A program made the translations under genes and the position numbers. A stretch of DNA of 64,000 nucleotides from Bugula neritina (taxonomy: Eukaryota > Animalia > Bryozoa): the NCBI GenBank assembly GCA_964035545.1, contig OZ037769.1, positions 3,038,001 to 3,102,000 on the forward strand, given 5' to 3'. Below are positions 50,109 through 64,000 of this stretch, piece by piece; within the stretch, counting starts at the first letter, position 1, and each line of letters begins with the position of its first letter. Below the pieces are notes generated by a model. The model was not told the origin of the DNA, did not search any database, and was given only the letters and a program-made list of their open reading frames with translations.

Positions 50109-53100
50109 CTATTGTAGCATATTCTTTTTCAACAATATCTCAAACGTTAAATAACACCCAACAGCTATGATGTTTAAAACAATAGCAATGTATATTTTAG
50201 TGGTAAGAGAGATAACTCCGACAGCAATAAGAAAGGTGCCAATCATAGCTCCAACTCCAATGAAAGTTGAAAACATGGTGATGCCATGCACTATGTTCTT
50301 TCTGTAGACATGGCCAACGATACCTGGAGAAAAAACACATATATTCCCGGAATCCTGCATCTATCATTCTATATAAACATTCATAGACAATAATCGTCAT
50401 AATAGTTATCCTTTCTTGAATCTCTGAAACCAACTGATTTAAAAATTATATGCCAAAAGCAGAAAACTGGTAAAACTTAAGCAAATTTTATAGTGATTTT
50501 TTTTCAATTGCAAAAGACAAGCAAAGAAGCGACTTGAAAGCTTTTATTCCACTTATACAGAGATTAATACCCATCTAAGCTTTAGTAACTCTAGTTAAAA
50601 ATGTCACTAATTAATCATAATATGAAAATATACAATAAATTAATCAGAGACAAATTAATATAAGACAAAAACATTTGCTTGCTTTTCTTCTTACTTAGAT
50701 ACAAATTATTTACCAAACACCCACAGACAAAAATGTGCTTAGGCTATTATTCTGCAATCAACTTAGCATGACTCAATTTTTGGAGTTATCCCACAAGTGA
50801 TCTGAACTAATGCAGCTATAATATCAATTCCATCAAAAGACAATTCTACATTGATATAAAGTTATTAATACAGTAACAGGCATTTAGGTAACATTGCTGA
50901 AAATTTATTGAACAATAATTTTATTTTAATCATTAGACTAACATTAATAAAAGTTAATTCAACACTATAAAACTAATCATAACACTGGTTGAAACACTCA
51001 CAGTTGATCTGAGTGAGAATATTAGAATCAGTCAGTCCCCAGATACACGGACCAATAAAAGCCAGCGCAGAGACGGGCCCTCGTTCTGGCTTGAATAGCA
51101 GCATGAATATAGGAGATCCAAGACCAATAACAAAGCCTACACATCATAGCAATACAAGAGTAGTACAGTAACTAATAGTTGTGAACTAACATTATATGTC
51201 ACACAGACTGCGCTATTTAGTTAGGTGTCTGCATTACTTTTCTATCAGCAAATTTGCTATATTTTAAAATTAATTCCAGCAATTATACCATATCCTTTAG
51301 AAAAAGACATTTGGAGACCCAAAAGACATGTTTATTGACTTCAACAATTATATATTAGTTAGCCAATAAGCTTTCTTAGATTATAGAACCAAGGTCAAGG
51401 TCACTTTTAGCAGCATTATTGTGGCTAAAACAAGTCTCGTAGGCTATAAAAACTCATGCTACTCATTAGATGAGATTGTGAGCAAATAGTTGCTACTTAC
51501 AGATAAGTATAACCGGGGTTCTCCCGATACATTCAATAAGGCGGGTGATGATAAACATGGAAACAATGCTGCACGCAAAAGTTGCTGTCACCACATAGCC
51601 GATCTTGTCAATTCCGTAGGAACAAGATACAAAGCTCTGTAAACAGAAGAAGACACATGTCTGGAATAAAGACAGAATAAATATATCAGTGATACTAGCA
51701 TAAATATATTATACGTAATGAACTTGTTCGGTTTTAGCTTAACTTTGGTTTTACTATTTTTAAACATATTAGACAGTCTTTAATCTATTTTGTGGACAAC
51801 AATTTCTCTATCAAACTTTTCTAAAACTTGCGCATCCAATTCTGGTAATTTTTTCAAGACAAGATAAACGATATATAATAATTCCGCATTCAAGTATACA
51901 AGTACAATGCGATTCTATCTATTGGCATGAATATTAGACAAATAAAAACCGCAAAACTTGTTTAAGATTCCAATAAAACAATTGCAATAAAAAAATCTGA
52001 GTTTCTGTAAAATATCTTTTGGATTTCACAAGGTAGATATAGACTTTTATAAACAAGGTGAAAAGGAAGATGAAACTAAAACAAAGTAAAGTCATTACCC
52101 AGACGACATATAGACAGGCAATTGTAATGATTGAACAAATATTATTTTTAGTAGGATACTTGAGTTGCAGAACTCAACAAAAGCAAACAAAAAACTGCCA
52201 TAAAAATTACAAAACTTGAAAATTATAACACACTGGAAGTATAATTTCACGGAACATTATAGAATGTTGAGAAAGTTTGTATTGATAGAGGAGCTTACAG
52301 CGTTATAGTCTGCTATAATTGTAGTATTCTGTAGTCCAAGATATATGCCCGCAGGTAGCAGTAGTAACCCTTTAAACTGTCCTATTGTCTGAACAACACA
52401 CTTTAGCTGTTTAAATACATTTGCACTGCCAGGCCTTTTTGCAACCTACAATTAAAATAGATACTAGGTGAAGGTCAAATTGATTTGCTGCATAGTAATG
52501 TTCATCATCACACATAGACAGTTGCATAGCAACTGCCTAACAATAATAAAATATTATAGTAAATGTGAGGGAGCGATCAATATCTCAGACTAAAAACTTG
52601 GACTAACATTTAGTATAAGCTTTATTCTAGAGTTCCTTGATTTATCAACTGAAAACTTAAATTCACACAGTAAAAACAACTTTGAAAATAAAAAAGCTCG
52701 TCTCAGTATTTACTAAAAATAGTTACAGATTATGCTAACTCAAAGAAAGTTTTGAGAGTTATCATACCTTGAGTTTACGCAGGAAGATTATAATGTTGAG
52801 AGCAGCTAGAACAGGAAGCAAAGTGTAAACACCAAACAGGATGTACTTTTTGCCAATGTATACACCGGGCCCATTGCTCTCTCCTCTGTCTTTATCGTAA
52901 TACTCGAGGCCACACCCCGGGGTTTCTGTGGAGTTGATGCTAGAGATAAAAGAAGGAACGCCTTCTCCGCCAGCCACATGGCTTCCGTTGTAACTACCAC
53001 TGAGTTTGTCATCTCTTTTGAATGACTTCATAGCCTCTGTTTCCCCGGGCAGTGTATAGAAATCCCCGAGTATTAGCGTAGACATTAGATTGCCAACTAT

Positions 53101-56100
53101 GTTAGAGCAAAGGAATAAGGAAAATATGACGCCATTAAACTTCCGAACGATGTTAGCCAGAGGTTCTGCGGATACAAGGGAATACGTAGAGGCTGCGTTT
53201 ATGAGATACACACCTTCTGTCCCCCACAAGAGGCCAATACAGAAACCATGATAAATACAAGCAGGCAAAGTTGTGTAATAAGACATGTAAAACATGCTTA
53301 AAGGAAACACTATGAAGCCCGATGTTGCTAGAGCTAGTGTCCATTTGGGCCTTATTTTCGATATAATCGGGTTAGCGCATACCCCTCCAAACCAGGTGAG
53401 AGAGAATATGAGACCAAAGCAAAGTAAGGACAGCCGTTTGTCGTCTCCCAGACTACTGATTGAACTGCGGATACCAAATGAGCTCGAAAATAACAACAGA
53501 AATGAAATTCCCAGACACCAGACACGTTTGTAGCAATCTCGCTTTGTGGCTTTTATATGGTCAACAGAGAAAAGGCTTTCGTGGCGCGTGGAGTCTTTAG
53601 CTATCATACGAGCTGCCTCGGCCAAAGGTAGTCGACCTTCCAAGGTGTCTATGTACTCCGGGTTGTCAAATATGTCCTCATCAGATTCCTCTTCAATGGC
53701 AGCCGGGGTTTTCTTACTTGACACTTCTTCATAGAGGTCAAGGTAACTTTTACTAGCCAGCAAGAGAGACGAACCCAAAGCAGAACCTATGATACATGTA
53801 TATTATATTCAGTAATGTTTAGACAGCAAAACTGGGAGTAGGTGGGAACATATTATTTATTTATCTATATAATTTCTTGTTACTGAAGTACTAATGTATA
53901 TAAACAGTTGAATACAAGTATACTATGTATAACTATTCTTTCAGAGAATTTAGATCGTCTATATATAAGAGTTTACAGTCTCCACTTGGGTATGAAGAAG
54001 TGAATTACTTTTCAAGTAGTGCTACTAGCACAGTTCTGATCTTAACCAACAATCTTATATTTATGACTGCTACGCAAGTGTAAACCTGGGTTAGAACGTA
54101 AAAACCTAAGTTATAAACAACTGGTATTAAATAGCCACATTCTTTACATTTCTGGTTTATATAAATATATAGCTTTGAGCCAAAACAACACTAAAGACAT
54201 ACCGGGTTCGGATAGCCACGCCACATTACTTTGTGAACCAGATATAAGATCATGGGCTAGATGAGACAGTGCTGACAAGTTTCCAATTGATGCATTATCT
54301 TGCAGAGTTTGGGAGTCAGAATGATGGGCACTGAGGCTACAATCCAGCTCATCTTCATCATGTACAGATTCTATGCGAAATCGGTGGGATAAATCTAAAA
54401 CAAAGTAAGAAAAATGGTCAATTTGGCTACATAGCTAGTTGACCTAACATAAAATAACACAAAATGGTAAACTATTTGAATGGATAATATGACATTTTTA
54501 TTAAGCTATGGCAGAGATAATGAATATTATATTTAGTGATGACTTAGAATACAGAGGTAAAGACAAAAACTTTTTTTAGCAAAATTTAGAGCTAGGTCAT
54601 GATTTAACAAAGGAAGTTGCCCACTCATTAATCAAAACAGTAATTAGAAATCCGGTCTCAACACAAACTGGTATTGATAAACATGGGTATATTACATGGG
54701 GAGATAACTCATTACACAAAGTGATGACTCGTTGCATGATGACTCATTCTATGGAGAGATGACTCATTGCAGGGGGTGATGACTCAAGTAGGAGATGAAA
54801 TATATTCCTGTGTAAATATTGAAACTCTGCCAAAGATGTAAATTCTTAAGAATTGAAATTGAACCGGTATATGTTATATATTATGATTTATGGAAAATTT
54901 TAACAACTTTCCACCAAATGCGCTACTGCATCACCATTAATAGACGCAACTTTCTACACAACTTCTTTGAAATTATATTTCTTGGTTTGGAAAGCAAGTA
55001 GATCTAGCCTCTGTGTCAATATGTTCCAGACTACATACATTTGTATAAATGGGTTTGACAAGATATTAATTAAATTACACACAGTAGATATACTATACAA
55101 ACAGACAGAACACAAAACAACGTTAGTAATATAGTTAAAAGACCAGAAAGAATATCGGACCAGAGACAAGAATAATCTCACCAAGCTCCTGACAGCTGTG
55201 TAATACACCGTCTGCTGTCGTAACAGATATATCTGTCATAAGAATAGCACATAGAATTAAACAAATCAGAAGCTAAATCATGAAATTGAATACAAAAATA
55301 GAATTCTTGGTGTAATTTTTGCAGGTTAGACTCTTTATGTAGTTGAACTCCCAAAGGATTTTTCAATCGCATATACTGCAGCCAAAAGAATAACTATAAA
55401 TTACCTGGGAATTTATATATTACAGCTACTTGTAGTAGATCAGTTGGGCATGCCCAGGTCTGTTCCCACAAAAGAAATTGTTCTCATTAAATAAGCTCAT
55501 ATGACTTAAGGTTGGGTAGCCTCATAAGGCACTAGTTGGCCATGCATATACAGTAGCATTCTCACACATTGCACTACAGTACTTATACCGTGAACTGTTG
55601 TTCAAACTGATGTTTTTAGAAAATTAGTCTACATTTACCTTTGTTCTATAATCAGCTAAGAATAATATGCTCAACTTACACAAAAGATTTGCTAAATTAT
55701 TGCAAGGTTGGAAACACCCAGTTCATGCACACAGCTGGACTTTGAACTAGTGTTATGGCGTAACACATCAATAAGTTGTATAAAAATCAATAATTTTATT
55801 ACACATTATGTAAACACCAAAAGAGAATGGATAGTATTTATACATCAGCTGACTATAATTATGAATGTTGATCCACGCAGAAACACGCTGAGCAGAGTAA
55901 TCATAGTCATTGCAATGATTTAGGGGTAACCCCACGTTCAACACTCGGTCAGACTGCCTAATATGCAACTCAGTGTAATTATATTATATACACTGCATGT
56001 GCAGTATCATTTATAGCACTAGTTTCAGTAAATTCTTGTAGCATGGTGTGAAACATAGCAGTCATTCTTCAAACGAAAGCATCAAAAGTTAAAAACCCAA

Positions 56101-56882
56101 GCTAAGAAAAAAATTACATTTCAAAACTTTATGATCTGTAACACTATTATTGATAGTGTCACATGTTTAGCTTTAACCATATTGTCTTAGTTCTATAGTG
56201 CTGATATGCAAGGGTGGCACAGTTGGCAAAACACATGCAATTATCAACCAAGATGTTGTGGGTTCGGATCCCAGCTACACCATATCTGACACTAAAACTA
56301 ACCCTACTGGGTCTATTCGGATTAGGAACTAAACATCACCGCTGCCCTTGTAAGGGTTCGGAGGTTAATGGAGACCTCCAGCCCTGTAGAATAAGTTCTC
56401 ATGAGAACTTTAGGCCGTTAGGGAAAATTAATTCCGTACATAAGCTATGAAGAACTATATCCTAGACAATAAAACTATTGAGGTAGATAGCCAAGTTAGA
56501 CTGTTGCTGTTATGATTGCTGGAGCTGTTGTAGTGACTCCATTAATCAGCAAAGCCACATCATGTCCTGTGAAAATGAAGTTAGCGCCTCAAATAAGCTA
56601 AAACCTGTGCATCTAAGGAACTTTTAGCTAGATTTCTCATATCAAATTTACGCTTCTTGGATTATAGCCATTTAGGTACAACAGTGGAGAAATTTTAATA
56701 GCCCGAGTTCTTTAATTTGGAACTAGAAATTAAATCTAGTGCTAAAACAGGAGACTTTATGAAGGTCCAAGGTTGCTCATAACTCAAATAATAATACGTT
56801 GCATTACTGATTCAGTATACTTACAGGGTGTTGGGGGTGAGCTTATGGGAGCCGAGCTATCTTCCTGGTCTGCGGGCTCCAT
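50109..56882 (-). CDS. UNC-93-like MFS membrane protein (UNC93A family) with a long acidic N-terminus, 7 coding exons
   Basis: Phase-compatible exons about 56825-56882 (MEPADQED..), 54203-54394, 52768-53786 (LGISFLLLFSS..SSL, PKWTL, G..IGLLWGTEGVYL, FNGVIFSLF..NIVGNL), 52300-52445, 51501-51636, 51002-51136 (IWGLTD..TQIN) and 50109-50324. Multiple TM helices. Confidence 0.82.
56212..56440 (+). mobile_element. tRNA-derived SINE-like element, family B (single copy in the window)
   Basis: A box TGGCACAGTTGG and B box GGTTCGGATCCC at tRNA spacing, followed by a non-tRNA body containing the 18-bp palindrome aagttctcatgagaactt. No intact cloverleaf. Confidence 0.6.
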
Positions 56883-59398
56883 AGTTATCAGACTAGAGTA
56901 AAACTCAGGCTACAGAGCTAAAGTAGAGAGACATAGAGCTTAGTTTGCTGAAGTGTTTTAATTTCGTATCTAGAAGCTTCTACCTAAATGAATCGGTTTA
57001 CAAAAATATATGAGAATGTTGCTAGGAGTATAAAATTATTTCAATATATTTCAAGTTCAAAAACATGCAATGAAGTTTACAAGAATAATTGCAATTTTCA
57101 AACAAGTAACACCTCACTTACATTGAAAATATCACCAAAAATCCATATAACTAAAAATATAAGAAACTATGTGGAAATCACAAGCATATGTACACGAACC
57201 TCAATTGGTTAAAGATGGCGTATTAGCTTGTCCATTGCCAGCTTGTATCATGGCTGGAAATAACCTTGAACCTCTCACAGTAATGTCGTCCAACCTTTCC
57301 AAACTCGAATCTCTCCTTGGAAACAAGACCTGGTCACTAGCTGACCTCATGCCTTCCGATTTAGAGCAGCTGTCAGGGTGAGCGAGGTTACTTATACTGT
57401 GGCATATACTGTAGTATACACTGTAGTATGAGTGTATGACGTAATGTAATACAAACAAGAAATAATCAATAGAGGCTATTGCACGGCATAACTTAAGACT
57501 ACTACACTAAGTTCAATGGAGTGTTAATGAAATTTTAATAACAAATGAAGCAGTGGCTAAATGGGCTTATGTTATTACTATGACCAATTTACTAAATATT
57601 ATTATAATGACTAAGCTTTCAAGTTTTACTATTTGAAAATAACAAATGATTCTAAAGCAAATTTTTCACATGACGAATGGTTGTGTAGAAACTAGCCATT
57701 ACTGGTTTTTGCTAAAATCTCTCAAATAAATAATATAACAAGATCTCTTTAGAGTTTGGAATAGACCCTTTAAATGCTTGTTGCTTTTTAAGTACTATAT
57801 ATGAAACAAGGTTGACAGGCTTTTAGCCTCTATGCCTAGAAACCTATGGACAGTAAATTACTCAAAGAAATTTACATCACAAGTTTAAAAACCTCTAAGA
57901 AAAAAGACATAATGATAAGAAAAAACAGTAAGGATAAAATAGCAGCAGAATATAATAACTGTCAACCTTTTGGCTCGCATATATTGATAATGCTTTACAT
58001 TTTTGTAACTTCATTTTTACCTTGAGTTGATGAATTACGCTTAAGTTATTATCATGATTAACTTATTATTAAGGGGTTTATTTGTTTATTGTTGATTGCC
58101 TATTAGTTATGGCACATCGCACCATGCCTACCCATACCACCACGAGCCATGCTCATGCAGGCTATATAAACAGTTGCATGCAACACCTGTTTGATCGAGA
58201 GTCTAACAACAGGATTGCATCAGGAAAAAACTCGATATTATCTGGGCAGTTTGCCAAACAGTTCAATAGTGCATTAGGTAATAATGTAGGACAAATTATA
58301 AAAATATACTAAGTTGGAATTTCCAAATAAACAGCGCAGAAGATTTCGAACAAGTAGTAAGTTTTAAGTACTATGAAACTCACCTTGATGACTCAGTCAC
58401 AAAATACAAGTCTTATAATCTTCAAGTTGCAAGAATCACTTGTTATATACAGTTTTGACCTAGCTAGCTGATGTCCATCCATTTAGAATTTCTGCAGACT
58501 GTTCGGTATTTAGTTAGACCATAAAAATCAGGCAATACTGCCACAGCTACCACAATTTACCACGCTGTATTACCATGGTAACAATCTTCTACTGCTAGAA
58601 ACATTTACTACAGCACTTTACTACAACTTTAAGATTTCGGAAGTGACGCAGGTTAAGAAAGACTACAGTCATTGTATTCAAACCAGATGAGTAGGAAAAT
58701 CATATAAAAACAGTTTAAACTTTAAACTAGCATTTAAAAAATCGTAAAACAAAAACTATAAATTCTACTTTGTACAAAATATAAGTTTTACAATATTACA
58801 ATATAATGATATCGAAAAAGAAATTATAAAATGTATTTAAAAGTAAAAGAAAAACATTAGTTCACCTTAAATAAATATCTAACAAAGTAAAAGGACTATT
58901 AGCTCATGAATACTGTGTATAAAATTTCTAATTCAAGATGGAGGAGTAAAAAGTACGACATAAATATAAATTACTCTCACTTAATGCTGAGTCAACTAAG
59001 TCACTTTGCACAGCCAGTAGGTTAATTAATGACTATTTTCAAGAATAATGCGTCTCAGATCTACAAACACAGTTGTCCGCTAGAGTGTTGGTAGCAGAGC
59101 ATTGATCTCTAGTATCTAATTAGGGAGGCAATGTACAAACTATATAATTATAAAAACTAACCTCTTCTACACCAAAAAATCTGCCTGCCGCTTCAAGTCG
59201 GCATTCTATATAGCCTAAGCTCTACTCTACTCGACCAAGTTCATTGTATAATCTATATGAGATAAACTCCTCTTACTTCATGGCTCTACTGGAGCCCAGT
59301 CTATTTAGTTCTGCAACTCTTCAACAACTGAAAGACACGACCAGATTGAATGCACTATAATAACGCACTGTCTAGTGCTACGTACACCAGAGTTTATT

Positions 59399-62300
59399 CT
59401 ATGAGGTGTCCAGAGTAGAATCTGTTTTCTGTACGGCTGTGGGTAGAAGGGGCATCCATAGCTGTACACCCAGGGATTCCCTATGACTGAAGTTGTACTT
59501 CGAAGGAACTACAAGAATATACCAGAAACACATGTGTGGGCACCATGAACATATCCTGTACTTCATACAGTATATTGTATGTATAGTCTGAGTAGAGTAT
59601 ACAGTATATTGCATGTATAGTCTGAGTAGAGTATACAGTATATTGCATGTATAGTCTGAGTAGAGTATATTGTATATTGTATGTATAGTCTGAGTATTGT
59701 ATACAGTATAATACTGTATAGTCTGAGTAGAGTATACAGTATATTGTATGTATAGTATGAGTAGAGTATACAGTACATTGCATGTATAGTCTGAGTAGAG
59801 TATACAGTATATTGTATGTATAGTCTGGGTATAGTATACAGTATATTGTATGTATAGTCTGAGTAGAGTATACAGTATATTGAATGTATAGTCTGGGTAT
59901 AGTATACAGTATATTGTATGTATAGTCTGAGTAGAGTATACAGTATATTGAATGTATAGTCTGAGTATAGTATACAGAATAATACTGACAGACAGTATAG
60001 TCAAAACATGCTTGGTGTTTAGATACAAAGCATTGAGAAAGCAAACACTAAAGAGAGAGAAGAATTTTATAATTTATAAATTACAATACAATATGGTGAG
60101 CTCTAACCGTTCAATTTTTGTGCAAATTCAGATTTTTCTTTCTCAGGATCTTTGTCCAAGTTCAACATGATACACACAGTCTTTGTCTCATGCAAGACAA
60201 TGATCACCTGGGTAGGGACGAGGCAGCATACGCCCATGATTCTCGCATTCGCCAAGGCATCATGGAACTCTGCAATGAATGTCAACAATAAAATCAATTA
60301 TACCACTACACTTCTATCTACCTAACAGTATACAGTATATATACCTAACAGTATACAGTATATAGTGCCTAGCAATGTATAGCACAGTATAATGAATACC
60401 TTTGTACAGGGTCCACTGCTCTGTTGCAATGTCAAACACTTCTATGGAGTTGGATTGTCCCCCCACGATGAAAATTCTGCCATTATGAGCCAACATTGTA
60501 TGTTTCTTCCTCGACATATGCATAGACGGGAGTCGTCTTACATGCAGAGTTCCGGGGTTGGTGACATCATGCATGTATTGCAGCATCGACTTGGAAGTGT
60601 AGGCACCGGAGTGCTAGATCATAGAAGGTGTATAGAATATATATTATATCCATTTTAACTTACTTCTCTTGACATATAATATTTAAAGTTTAAACTATCT
60701 ACCCTGACATATAATATATACTTCAACTTATCTACCCTGACATATAATATATACTTCAACTCATCTACCTAGACATATACATCATGTGACACACCATAGT
60801 TTACCTCTCACCACAAACAGACTTACCCCTCCGGACACGTATATACTGTGTCCATAGGTGGTGGTGGCGTGTTTGTGAGACTGTACGTGTCCATTAGGTA
60901 GGTAGTACTTCTTCCACTCGTTAGTAACAAAGCTGTACACTTCATACGTCATGGACTCCTCTATAAACAGGAAATGGAAATAGAAGTTTTCTCACTTCTA
61001 CGGTCCAACTACCCAGGCAATTTTAACACAGTTTTCAACAGTGATGCTACACTACATTGACTCAATCTAAATTTCTTATTTAACAGTAGGCATGGTAGGA
61101 CGCCCAAAGCATAGATGGCATGGTACTATCAGAAAATACCTCCAATCCTGTTCCCTCAACGAAGAGGACGCTCAGGACAGGGTTAGGTGGAGAAGCCTAA
61201 TTGAGCTAGGCCTCTGGCAGCCACCCGCTGCCCGAACAAGACAAAGCGGAGATAGATGAGAATGGTAGGAAAAGCATGAACTTTTTAAGATTTAAAAAAT
61301 TAAAGTAATTGACATGTAATTATAAAGTAATAGTAAAAATCAATTACTTGAGAACATGTAATCAATTCAAACCAATTACAATTACCCAACCTTAGAACAT
61401 TGGCAGCAGAAGGAAACACGCTGCCAACACAGGAACTAGGTCATATAATACCTGATTCATCATATCCTCCCAGAGCAAACATCTGGCAGTCAACAACTTC
61501 TAAGTCAAACTCCTGTCTAGCCTCGTGCATGCTGGCAATCTCCAGCCACGTATCGGTGCGCGGATCATACCTGCCCATGTTAGAACAAACTCTAGTCTCT
61601 TAGATTGAGGTCTACTTAACTTAAACTCACGAAATACACAATTTTATACCTAAAGTTATCAGGTAGTATAATGAGAAAACAAAGAGCTATCATCTAACTG
61701 AGGTAACTATAGCGACAAGATATTTGTAAATTAATTGTGCAGATTTTAGGTGAGATTGAATAAAAAACTTTCCCAACAATCTTTGAACTTGATATATGCA
61801 AAAGCTACAATATATACAGACCCATATTTGTTATAAGAAATTTTAATTTGAATCTGTAAATACATAAAAAGAGGACAACTCTTGAAAATGTATAACATGA
61901 ACTATAATGAAGCAACAGAGTAAAGATAAAGTCACATCAAGTCAAGGAGTGTAAAAGATTAATTCAAGTCAAAACATTTACAAACCTCAGTTAACTAGTA
62001 CTCGAGTAGTAGTCAAGCAACACGACTTGAATCCAGTTTAAAAAATAAATTAAAAATTAAAAAATATACTTTACCTGAAGCAACGAGCTGATGAAATGGA
62101 ATACGATGCTTTATCGTGAACTCCCCCGCATGCGTACAGGAAGTTGTTGAATACGCACAACGAAGGAGCAACCAAGTAACGAGGAGGCTTCCTTAAATCA
62201 ATAGCAGCCTGAGATGATAGTTTCTGGCTTGTACTAAACAGCGGGTATGCCATGAAGTACCCGTAAGTTTGAAGCATAACCATACATATGATGTTAGCAT

Positions 62301-63433
62301 GTCTCACCTACAAATATTTGTGTATCACACGAGCTTACAACACATATTTTTAATCATACAAATTTTCTAATAAAGTATTGCAACTAAAAGACTTAAAAAG
62401 CTTACAGCCACAATCCCTGTGAGAACCCCTGAAGAAAAGGGTTTTTGCTAAATTGGGCTAAGGATTTATTCAGATGAGGCACAGGAGCAATTAGAACTGG
62501 ATGCTCTTCCTAACATCACCAATGGCCTTTGTCGGGCTCAAACCCATATGACTTTGTGCTTACTAGGCAAACACTCTAACCTCCAGACCCCGGCTGCAAC
62601 TAGATCAAGTAAAATAGCCCTAGTTTGAATATCATACCTATGCACATGCTACAGAAAAAATATCACCTGCGTGCGTGAAGTCTGTAAAATAGGTCTTTTT
62701 ATGGTGACTATGTGGTAGTCTTTGGCTTCAGTTAGTATTTCATTGCATCCCCTAGTCTTCATCAGTTCCACTTCGCTTATATGGTTGACGAGATCTTCAC
62801 CTGCCAATTAGGAAAGAAAACAATTACCAAGAAAAGGAAGACAACTACCAAAATAGAATACAGCTACTAAAAAGGAAGACAACTACCAAAATAGAATACA
62901 GCTACTAAAAAGGAATACGACTACAGAAAAGGAATACAGCACTAAAAGGAAGACGACTACCAAAAAGTTTCTCTATATACTGATTTAGAATAATGTAAGT
63001 CTGATGGACATTGTTAAAACTAGGAACACAGTAAAAGAGAAACTGCCGTCACCAATGAACTTTAAAGAATTCAAATGACTGACTAAGTACAACATGTGTC
63101 ACCCAGTTTCCCTGGGAGCATCTTAGAAAAGAAACTGCTACTCAAATTTGAGTACAAATGAAACTTTCCGGCCGTATTCATTTGCACAATGGTATGACTA
63201 TGAAATAAGCTAGTTTCATAAACAACCAGCAAGAAGCAACCTGCCATAAAACTTTGTGTGGTTGCTAGAAGACTTATGATTTTGAAAACTAAAATAAAAC
63301 TAAATTCATACATTTCTAATGGGAATTTCTCCGACTTACCACTCATTAAAGGAAATCGAATAAGAGCCATAACTGTTTCAATAAGATGCACCTTCTCTGG
63401 TCTATCCTCTACATTATTCAACCATTTCACTGC
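59399..63433 (-). CDS. Kelch-like (BACK-Kelch) protein, 3' part; the 5' end is not resolved and probably lies beyond the window
   Basis: Exons about 63339-63433 (AVKWL..LIRFPLMS), 62668-62800, 62075-62306 (FLYACGG..CFR), 61452-61569 (YDPRTDTW..IASM..R..MFALGG), 60829-60960, 60400-60615 (IFIVGG..IEVFDIATEQW), 60109-60269 and 59399-59508. Confidence 0.85.
59565..59978. repeat. 34-bp minisatellite, about 12 copies, in the last Kelch intron
   Basis: Unit atacagtatattgtatgtatagtctgagtagagt. Confidence 0.96.
61092..61270 (+). mobile_element. 5'-truncated RTE-clade LINE 3' end with a candidate 9-bp TSD
   Basis: Translates as GRPKHRWHGTIRKYLQSCSLNEEDAQDRVRWRSLIEL, the typical RTE C-terminus. atggtagga occurs at 61092 and 61262. 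Confidence 0.75.
62401..62597 (-). mobile_element. tRNA-derived SINE, family A
   Basis: Reverse complement matches the head and body of 22327-22536. Confidence 0.8.
62830..62965. repeat. About 38-bp degenerate tandem repeat next to a Kelch acceptor
   Basis: Unit aaaaggaagacaactaccaaaatagaatacagctact. Confidence 0.85.
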
Positions 63434-64000
63434 CTGAATCAACAACCACCTTCGTCAATGTACTGGTTAACTATTGTAAAATGTGTATTCTAATTAATTT
63501 TTATTTTCACAAAACACTTGGAAACTATTCATAGTAATATAAGTTGCACTAATTTTTCTGCAATGCTTTTAGGTATCACCAACATCAAACTTATTGAATT
63601 TTTGTTATTCAAAAATCAAATGCCACGTTTTCCAAATAAAGAACAAATATTGTAACAGCTGGACATAGCAAATCGAACATAGAATCATATTCCATAGAGC
63701 ATTGAAAGTATCTAAAACACCCTGCACAGGAACAAAATAATATTTAAATCCTTCAATGTTTAAAATGTTAGTTTAGATAAGGCCGAAACACATGTACACA
63801 GAAAATCATGAAAAGTAACTTATACAACAGGATAAAGAACCTGATGAAGTCTATTTCAGATCACATAAACTATGTAAATGGACTAAATCAGAAGATACGT
63901 TCACATTGTATCAACCATATACATCAGATGGAAGAACACAAGAAAACACGTTCACATACTATTTGACAGTTGAGCAGTTAATAGAAAGATACAAACCGTT

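Noticed and set aside
56212-56290. Possible tRNA gene (also the SINE A heads)
   Set aside because: A and B boxes are present but there is no intact acceptor or anticodon stem, and the sequence continues into a repeat-like body.
57201-57458. 85-aa minus-strand ORF upstream of the UNC-93-like gene
   Set aside because: It ends in a stop without a clear in-frame donor and has no recognisable motif. It may be UTR or an alternative exon but is unsupported.

Overview
AT-rich, intron-containing animal (invertebrate-looking) genomic DNA; no prokaryotic features. Hand-spliced gene models: the last exon of a beta-propeller gene (+, window start), its convergent paralog encoding a RING-less B-box/coiled-coil/NHL-like protein (-), MBD2/3 (+), TBC1D25 (+), PIERCE2/C15orf65-like (-), an orphan single-pass membrane protein (+), POLR3C (-), a UNC-93-like MFS protein (-), and the 3' part of a Kelch-like gene (-). 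Mobile DNA: (i) a Penelope-like retroelement (RT plus GIY-YIG, one frameshift and one stop) sitting in a (TA)n tract, with direct and inverted pLTRs carrying three minimal hammerhead ribozyme motifs; (ii) an intact Gypsy LTR retrotransposon with 232-bp LTRs in POLR3C, flanked by a 308-bp host duplication instead of a 4-6 bp TSD, which leaves one complete POLR3C exon 1; (iii) two tRNA-derived SINE families, an RTE 3' fragment, a MITE and a foldback element family. Many introns carry private minisatellites next to splice sites; one array amplifies an MBD2/3 donor five times. Exon coordinates were read by eye and may be off by a few bases. Gene names come from recalled motif similarity, not database searches.
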